Below, piece by piece: positions 11,401 through 20,400 of a stretch of DNA of 64,000 nt (position 1 is its first letter; each line of letters starts with the position of its first letter). Origin of the DNA: Dehalococcoidia bacterium (GTDB taxonomy: Bacteria > Chloroflexota > Dehalococcoidia > Lucifugimonadales > UBA3495); contig OY760687.1 of the NCBI GenBank assembly GCA_963663945.1, positions 468,555 to 532,554 on the forward strand. The letters run 5' to 3'. The notes beneath the pieces were generated by a model. That model was not told where the DNA came from and did not search any database. It saw only the letters and a program-made list of their open reading frames with translations. The position numbers and the translations under genes were made by a program.

Positions 11401-14400
11401 GCTGGGTGAATGACGTACCGCTGCCGTTCCTGAACTCGGGCGCTTCGTTCACGTCGGTGACGGTGACGGTTACCGCATAGGAACCCGTGTTCCTCCCGTC
11501 GTAGGGCTGGATGATCGCCTCGTACACGTTGTCCCGGTCGGAGTCGGCCGGACGCTCGTAGTCTGGAAGGCTACGGAAGTACAGCGTGCCGCCTTGGGTG
11601 ATGAAGAAGTCACCGCCGTCCCGGCCGCCCACGCTCCAGCGGGTCACGTAGAAACCCTCGGGGTCGCGGGCCGTATAGGCGGCGCCCGACAGATTACGGT
11701 TCTCGGCGATTGTGAAACTTGCCGTCCCCGTGACCTCCGGCCCCTCGTTCACGTCCGTCACGGTTACGGCGACCTCCAGCGACGCGCTATGCGTGCCGTC
11801 GCCGGCCTGCACCGTCACGCTGTAGACGTGACCCTGTCCCGATACGGCCCGCGCCTCAAAGTCCGGCGGGCTGGTCGCGCTGAAGTAGAGCTGGCCCACT
11901 TCGTCGATGGTGAAAAAGCGGTTGTCCACGCCGGCCACCGACCACAAGATGGTTGCTCCCTCCGGATCGGTGGCCCGGTACGCGTACAGCCGCGAGGTGC
12001 GGGTCTCCGGATGCGTCATGGTCGTGGCCGAGCTGCTGGTGGTCGTGATGGTGGGGGGCTCGTTCACGTTGTTGACCGTCACCGTCACGTCGAAGGAACC
12101 GTAGTAGCGACCGTCGTAGGGCCGCACCTCCAGCTCGTAGATGTTGTCCCGGTTGGAGTCTGCCGGCCGCTCGTAGTCGGGCAGGTTGCGGAATGTGAGC
12201 ACGCCGGACTCGTTGATCTGGAAATCGCCACCGTCGGTGCCTCCCACGGTCCAGCGGGTCACCGTGCCGCCCTCCGGGTCGAAGCCGGCATAGACCGCGT
12301 TGGGCAGGTCCTGGTTTTCCTGGACTGTGAAGGCGGACTGCCCGCTGGTAACCTCCGGCCCCTCGTTCACGGCGATCACCGTTACCGTCACCGGCAGGGA
12401 CGCCGTGTTGCCACCGTCGTCCCGCACCTGGATCAGCGCGTCGTAGATGTTGTCGCCGTCCGAGTCGCCGGGCTGCTCGAAGTCCGGTGGGCTGACCTCA
12501 GCGAACGAGAATTCGCCTCGCTCGTTGATGGCGAAGAAGTCCCCATCCACTCCGCCCACCGACCACGTTACGGTGGAATTTCCCTCCGGATCCGTGGCCC
12601 GGTAGGCGTAGAGGCGGGAGGTCACGTTCTCGTTCTGGCGCAATGCCGTCGCCGAGCTGCTGGTGGTCGTAATCGTCGGCGGTTCGTTGACGGGCGTCAC
12701 AGTCACCGTCACGTCATGGGTGTCGTAATACCGGCCGTCCGAAGCCTGCACCGCGAATACGTACACGTTGTCGCGGTTGGAGTTGGCGGGCCGCTCGTAG
12801 TCTGGCGTGGAGCGGAACGTGACCTCGCCCTGTTCGCTGATGGTGAAGTCCCCGCTGTCGGTGCCCGTGAGGCGCCAGGTGGGATCCACGGTCAGGTCGC
12901 CGCCGCCCGTGGTCGAATAGGTGGCCAGTGCCCCGGCAAAGTTCTCCGCCCGGTCGAGGATGGACGGACCCGTGATCTCGCTAACATCCTCGACGGTCAC
13001 GGTGATGGAGTGGGAACCGTAGTACCGCCCGTCGTAGGGCCGCACTTCCACCTCGTACACGTTGTCCCGGTCTGCGTCGTCGGGCCGCTCGTGGTCGGGT
13101 GTGTTCCGGAAGGTGATCCGGCCCTGATTGGTGACGGAGTCATGGGTAATGGCGAAATCGCCACTGTCACGGCCACCCAGGCTCCAGCGGGTGACGGCGT
13201 TGCCCTCCGGGTCCGAGGCGGTGAAGGTCGCGCCCGACCAGTTCCGGTTCTCCTGGACGGTGAAGGCATCGCCGCCACTGGTCACCTCTGGCCCCTCGTT
13301 CACGTCGGTGACCGTGATGGTGAATGACAGCCGGTCGGCGTGGCCGTCCTCGTCGGTGGCGATCACCGTCAGGTCGTAGTCGTTCTGCCGGTCCGAGTCC
13401 ACCGGAGCCTCAAAGTCCGGCGGATTGATGAAGACCAAGGCGCCCGTGCTGCTGATGTTGAAATCGCCCGAGTCGGCGCCCTCGAGGCTCCACGTGATCT
13501 CCTGCCGCTGCGGGTCGGAGGCGCGGAAGGTGTACACCGTGGACGTGCCGTTCTCCCGGTATGTGGTGGGCGGCCCCCGGGTGCTGATGGTCGGTTCCAC
13601 GCCCTCATTGTGGTTGGTGACGGTGATCGATACGTCCACGCTGTCGGTGAGGCTCTGGTCATCGGTCACCACCACCGTGATCTCGTACACGTTGTCCCGG
13701 TCCGCGTCGGCGGGATTCTCGAAGTCCGGCGGGCTGGTGAACGTCAGCACGCCGCCGTCGCTGGTGATGCTGAAGTCGTTGGCATCGTCTCCCCCCAGCG
13801 ACCAGGTGACGGCCCGGCCCTGCGGGTCTCGGGCGCTGAAGGTGTACACGGCGCGGGTCCCGTTCTCCTGGTAGGGCGACGGGTTATTGGCGCTGGTGAT
13901 GGTGGGCTCCTCCGCCCCCGTGGAGTTGGTCACGGTCACCGTCACGGCCAATCTGGCGAAATTGAAACCGTCGTCCCGGGCTTCCACTGTGACCAGGTAC
14001 TCGTTGTCCTGATCGGCATCGTCCGGCATCTCGAAATCCGGGATTTCAGTGAAAGTCAGCACCCCCGTCTCGCTGATGTCGAAGTCGTCGTCATCCGTAC
14101 CCGAGAGCGACCACGTGATTGTTCCGAGTTCAGGGTCGGTCGCCCGGTAGGTGGCCACGGAGCGGACGTTGTTCTCGGCGTAGGACAGGCTCTCGGTGCC
14201 CGTTAGGGTGGGCGGCTCGTTGACGTCATTCACGGTGACCGTGACTGGAAGGTTGCCCCTCAGATTGCCCTGGTCGGTTGCCACCACCGTCAGCAGGTAC
14301 TCGTTGTCGCGGTTGGAATCCGCCGGCCGCTCGTAGTCCGGCGTGTTGCGGAAGGTCAGTTCCCCGGTGTCCCGGTTGATGGTGAAATCGCCGCCGTCCG

Positions 14401-17400
14401 TGCCCGAGAGGCTCCACGTAAATGTGGAAACGGCCCCCTCTGGATCGGTGGCGGAGTAGGTCCGGGAGAAGGTCGCGGTGTTTTCGTCGACCGAGAGTGT
14501 GGTGTCGCCGGTCACGGTGGGCGGCTCGTTCACGTCGGTGACGGTGACCTTTATGTCCAGGGTTCCAGTCTCGACCGGATCTCCGTCGTCGGTGGCAACC
14601 ACTCTCAGTTCATAGGCGTTGCCCAGGTTGGCCTCGAAGTCGGGAGGGTCGTTGAAGGTCAGGTAACCATTGCTGTCGATGGAGAAAAAGCCGGCGTCCG
14701 TGCCGCTCACCGACCATTCGGCGGTATCCCGTTCCGGGTCCGCGGCGGTGTAGCGGGTGACGTTTCCGGTGCGGTTCTCCTGCCATTCCACGTCCGCGCT
14801 GCCGCTGATGACGGGCGGCTCGTTCACGTTGGCAACCTCGATCTGCACCTGGATGGTGTCGGACAGCCCGTCCGGGTCTGCGACCTTGAGGTTCACCCGT
14901 TGCGTAGTTCTGCGTTCGTGGTCGAGGGTGGCGCTGGTTCCCACGCGGATCTGGCCCGTTGTATCGTCAACGGTATAGGGGCCGCCCTGCTGGGAGTTGA
15001 TCGAATAGGTCAGCGTGTCGTCGTTCAGGTCGGTGGCCTCCACCGGATCACCGACTGCAGTTCCCGACGCGGAGTTTTCAGCTACCGACCGCGTCGTGCT
15101 CGTGCCGTCGTCAAATTCGGGGGCCACGTTGTCGTCGATCACGGTGATGGTGACGGTGACGGTGGCGCTGCCGCCCTGCAGGTGCGCCGGCAACGGATCG
15201 GACCCCACGTAGGCCAGCGTCGCGGTGAAGGTCTCGTCGTCCTCGCTGCCGTCGCCGCTGGCGATGTTCACGGTGAATTCTTTGGTCGCCTGGTAGCGTT
15301 GCCCAACGTCGGTGAAATCGGACTGTCTGAAAGTCTGGCGTTGGGTCCCGCCGGTGTAGTCGCCGGAACCCGCGGTGCCGTCGGCAAAGGTAACTTCAGC
15401 GACGAAGGAGAACCCACTCTCCGGCTGCTTGTCCTTCGTGGTGGTGGCAACACCCTTCAGCACAACCTGGCCCGCGCCCTCGGCCACGGTGACCGGATCA
15501 ACGGCCCAGCCCAGGGTGACCGGCACGTGATCGTTGTCCAACGCGGTGGCCGTGTCGGAGGTATCCGTTCCCAGCGCGTAGCCCGAACCGGACCGCAACG
15601 CAACCGTGACCGTGCTGTTGTCCTCGTCCTCGGAGTCGTCGTTCAGCGCGATGTTCAACGTGGCCGTGCTTGAACCGGCGCTGAATGTCGCTGTGGTGGG
15701 CTGCCCGGACGCCAGCATCCGCCCGGTTTCGGACACGCGCACGTTGACCGTCAGGGCATCGTCCGGGACCCCAACCCGCGTGAGCCGGAACTCCAGGATG
15801 TCATCCTCAGCAGCGCTGGTGTCGACCGCCGCGATGGATACCGTCGGCCGGTCGTTGTCCTGGATGGTCACGGTGGCCGCTGCGGACCCGCCCTGTAGGT
15901 GCGGCGGGTTGGAGTCGACATAGTCCACCGTAACGGTGAAAGTCTCATCCCGCTCGTCGTCCGTGTCGTTCACGATGGGCACCGTAACGGACTTGCTGGC
16001 GCGGTAACGCCGGTTGCCGTCAACGGTCACGGCGCCGAAATCGGCTTGATTAAAGGTCACCGTCGTGGACACGTGGGTGTAGTCGTCCGTGGCGTATGCG
16101 GTGCCGGGAGAGGTGACAACCGTCGCGTCGAATGTGAAGCCGCTCTCGGGGCGCTTGTCGCTCGTGGTGGTGGCCGTGGCACTCAGCCTCACGGTGATCG
16201 AACTCTCGTTCACAGACACTGTTGCGGGATTCCAGCCGAGCGTCACCCCCACCTGCTCGTCGTCCCCGATGGTCACCGTCGCAACCGCGTTGCTCGTCTC
16301 GAAGTCGGGATTGGAGGAGTCCACGAAGGCCAGGGTTGCGGTGAACGTCTCGTCGTCTTCGTCCACCGCGTCATCGCTGATGGTGACGGTGAACTCCCGG
16401 GTGGCCTGGTGCCGGTACCCGCTGCTGGTCATCACTCGCTCGAAGTCGCTTTGATCGAACGTCAACGTGGAACTGGACGACGGCGCGTAGTCGTCGGGAT
16501 CCGTGGCCGTGACGTCGTCGGTGGTCACCGTCGCGTCGAATGAGAAATCGGACGGCAGCGCTTCGTCGCTGTCCGTGGTCACGATGGCCTTCAGGGTGAC
16601 GGACCCGCCGTCTTCGTTCACGGAAACCGAGGTATCTTCCCACTCCAGGGTCAAGCCGACGTCGGTGTTGTATGGGGTTCCGGTTTTGGTTGCGGACCAA
16701 GGGCCAGAGCCGCCGGCGTTCCAGCCGCGCATCTGCACGTCGTACGACACCCAGTTGGTCAGGCCATCGAGGGAATATCCTTCCCGGCTGGACGGCACGT
16801 TGGTTTTGAGCGTCCAGTTTGCGTCAACGGTCTCGTCTTCGCTGGACTCGATGAAACGCAGGTCGTACGACGTGACCGGATAGGGGTGAACGCTTACTGC
16901 GGAGGCCCACTGCACGGTAATCTTGTTGCCGTCAGGGTCGGCGGTAATGCTGGAGATGAAAGGCGGACCCGGCACGCCAACCACTGTGCGAGAGGCTGAC
17001 CAGGGGTGCTCGGTAGTTCCAACCACCGCTCGCACCTGGACGTAGTGCGACCTCCCGCGCCCCAGGAGTACGGTCGGCACGACGGTGTGTTCCAGAGGGC
17101 CGCCGGCCGTGGACGTCCAGATGGAATCGTGCTCGTACCAGCCGCCGAAGTTGGTGTATTGGTGCCGGAGATCGTATGACGTGATGGTCCCCAGGCTGGA
17201 ATCGGCTGGCGCCGTCCATTTCACGACGAACGTTTCATCGACACCAAAAAGGGACGTGATCGCCGGCGCATCCAGGGCGCCCGTGGTCACCGTTTCCGTC
17301 GCCGACCACTCGCCGTTGCCCAAAGCGCTCACCGCCCGCACCCGCACGTCGTACTCAGCCTCGCCGTCCAGGCTGCTGGCCGTGTACTGACGGTCGCTGG

Positions 17401-20400
17401 CCCCGGCGGTGGCGGAGGCCCATTCGCCGTCGGACTTGTCGGTGGCGTCGCTGCGTATGTGGTGAACCTGGTATCCGGTTATGGCCGATTTGCCGGGATC
17501 GGCTGGCGCTTCCCAGGTCACCGTGAAAGCGCCCGAAGACGGCTGCGCCTCGTCGATGCGCGGCGGCGCCGGCTTCGTCCCGTGGCCGTAGGCCGTGATG
17601 CTCCAGGACTCGAGGGTTCCCTGTTCGCCCGATACGTGGTCGGTGAGGCGCAGCGTCCACTCGCCGGCGGGGCTTTCGCCCAGGTGTCTGGCCGAACCGA
17701 GCCGCAGCGGGCCTGACACCCAGGAGAACGGGGTTGTTGTGTTGTACACCGATTTGTCGAAGTGAGGGGACAGTTTGGATATCGTGCCCGACGGGGATTC
17801 CACCTCCACCTCCAGGTTCACGAACTCAGGATGCGTAATATCCGGGACCACGTGGATGTACTCGATGAATTCGACATGGTCGTCCACGGTCAGCTTCTGG
17901 GTCACCGTCGTGCCGGGGGTGCTGCCCGTCGCATCTGGGATGGAGATGTTGATTTCGCCGGATTGGGCGGTGGATTTTCGCAGGCCCGGGAGGTTGGTCC
18001 AGCCGTCGGCCAGGTTCACTGCGGCCTGGGCGTCCACCACGCCGAAACCGTATTCGTGGTTGAAGTTGTACTTCCCGGTGTCGCCGTATTTGTCGGCTCC
18101 CTCCTCCCAGCCGTCGTTGTCCGCGTCGTTCTTGCGGGCGGAGGCGGCCAGGATGAGTTTCACGTCCCGCCAGGTGAGGGCGCTGTTGGCCTTGCGGACC
18201 AGCGCGGCCACGCCGGACACGATGGGCGCCGCCGCGCTGGTGCCGCCGAAACTGGTGGTGTACCGGTTGTTGGGGGCGGTGGTCGCGATGTACACATAGC
18301 GACCGTGGCTGGCAGGAGCGCACACCCACAGGTTTGATCCCGGCTCTGAGTAAAACGTTCGCACCCCATCGCCGTCCACCCCGCAGGCCGCGGTAACGGC
18401 GTAAAAGTTGGTGCGTTCGTCTCTGGACGAATGGCCTCCGGCCCGGGCGCCGTTGCCGGCCCCCCACACAAAGAAAACGCCCTTCCCGCCGTAGCCCGTA
18501 GTAACGGCGGTTTCGATGGCCTCCTCCCACAGGCTGGTCACAAGCTCGTGCCCTCCTCCTGAACCCCTGCTTCCCCAGCTGTTGTTGTTCACCGCCGTGG
18601 TATCCGCATGCAGGGATGCGGCCTTAACCTCGTCGTCCAATTCGCCTGACAACAGTAGGTTGTAACCGTAGATCGTTGCCCGCGGAGCGACGCCCCGCAT
18701 GCCTATGGCGTTGTCCCGGGCGGCTATGAGGCCGGCAACCGCTGTGCCGTGGGTTTCAAACGGATGGTATATGCCACCCTGGTTGGCAAAGTCGTGATTC
18801 TTTGCCGTGTCAACGTTCGCGGTCAGGTCCTCGTGCTGGTGGTGTATCCCGTCGTCCACGACGGCTACGGTGATACCTTCGCCCAGGTTGCCGCCGCTCC
18901 AGACCCCTTCGACGTTGATGTCCTCCGTCGAACCCGAGCCATACAACCCGTCATCCTGCAGGTGCCACTGGCAGCCGTACCAGGTGTCGGATATCCCGCC
19001 GCGCGGCACATCCTTGCACGTTTCCTCCAGCCGCGTTAATCCAAAGTCGTCGACAGCCAGGATGGTGTATTTTCCGGTGCTTCCCCCGACGCCGGTCACC
19101 TTCACGTAGTGCGTGCCAGCTTCGAGGCGGTGGAGGATGGCGAAGCTGATCCTATTTTTGTACTGGCGGGGAAAACCGTTGTTGAAGTTGGCGTCAATCG
19201 TGGTTCCCATATCGTCCACAAGCTCAGCGTCAACATCAGTGCCCGGAGTATTGGCCGCGGCCCAGATCTGCACGTAGGTCGTATCCTCCACGGTGATGCT
19301 GAAATAGTCCACGTCGGTGCTGGAGGTGATGTTGCCGCCGGCCGCCTCCTCCAACCCCAGGTTCAAGGCTTGTGCGTCCGCTATGGTGCTGCCCGGGTCT
19401 CCGGCATCGTTTACGTATATGTCGTACACTCCGAAGAGCCGTCTGCGATCGCTGTTCACCTTGAGTTCGTAGGTGCCCGCGTCGAGCAACCGGCGGATTA
19501 CGAAGCCCTCGAGCTCCGGAAAGAGGTTGCCATCGACGTTCTGGGCAAGAACGGCCCCGTCTTCGTTCAATAGCTGGCCGGTGAGGTTCGTGCCCAAGCT
19601 CCGTATGATGACGTCCGTCTGTTCCGTCAACTCCAGGTCCCAGGAGTCGGTCTCGCTGGCCGGATCGATCAGTCCGGTGACGCTGCTGCCCACTGTCAGA
19701 GTGTTGAGATCGACGGGGTCGGTGGTTCCGGTATAGATGCGGTCGTAGGTGTCGGGCCCGGTCCGGATGCGGAGCACGTATTCGCCGATGGCCGAGCCAT
19801 CCCCGCGGACCCTTATGTAGTAGGTCCCCGCTTCCAGGGTGCGCCGGATGACGAGGGCATCCGGGTTGGCCAGCTCTGAGTTGCTGCCGCTGGAGGTGAT
19901 GCTATTGCCGTGGCCATCGTACAGCCTGCCCACAGAGTCCAGGCTGCCCTCGGTGAAGAACAGGAAGCCGACGGGGTCCGGGGCCTGCTCGTCAGTGATG
20001 ACTATCTTAAAGACGTCCCAGTCCGAAGAGTGGTGGTAACCGTCAGATATGGCGCCGTCGGTTATCTTGCCCCAGAAATAGTTGTCGCCCATGGGATCGA
20101 GTTCACCGGAAGACGTGGTGGCCAAAGTAATTTCCCGGGCGTTGGCCAGGTTCGGGCCCGCATCCGCCGGCGTGCCGGTGGCGGTGTCCGACCACGACCC
20201 CGCGACGGCAAATTCCACCGCCCGCACCTGCACGTCGTATTCCGTATCGAGGGTCAGACCGGTGATGCCGTACAGCAACCGGTCATCGACGCCGGCATCA
20301 ACCACCTCCGTCCACTGGTCATCCGTCTTGTCGGTGGCGTCGGTCTGGATGTACCGCAGATCGTAGGTGGTGGAGGTGGCGGTGTCCACCAAAGTTGTGG

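Noticed and set aside
5432-15135. Regular ~315-nt periodic repeats, considered as a possible CRISPR-like or satellite array
   Set aside because: The period is far too long, there is no short-repeat/spacer structure, and the whole array is one open reading frame of cadherin-like domains.
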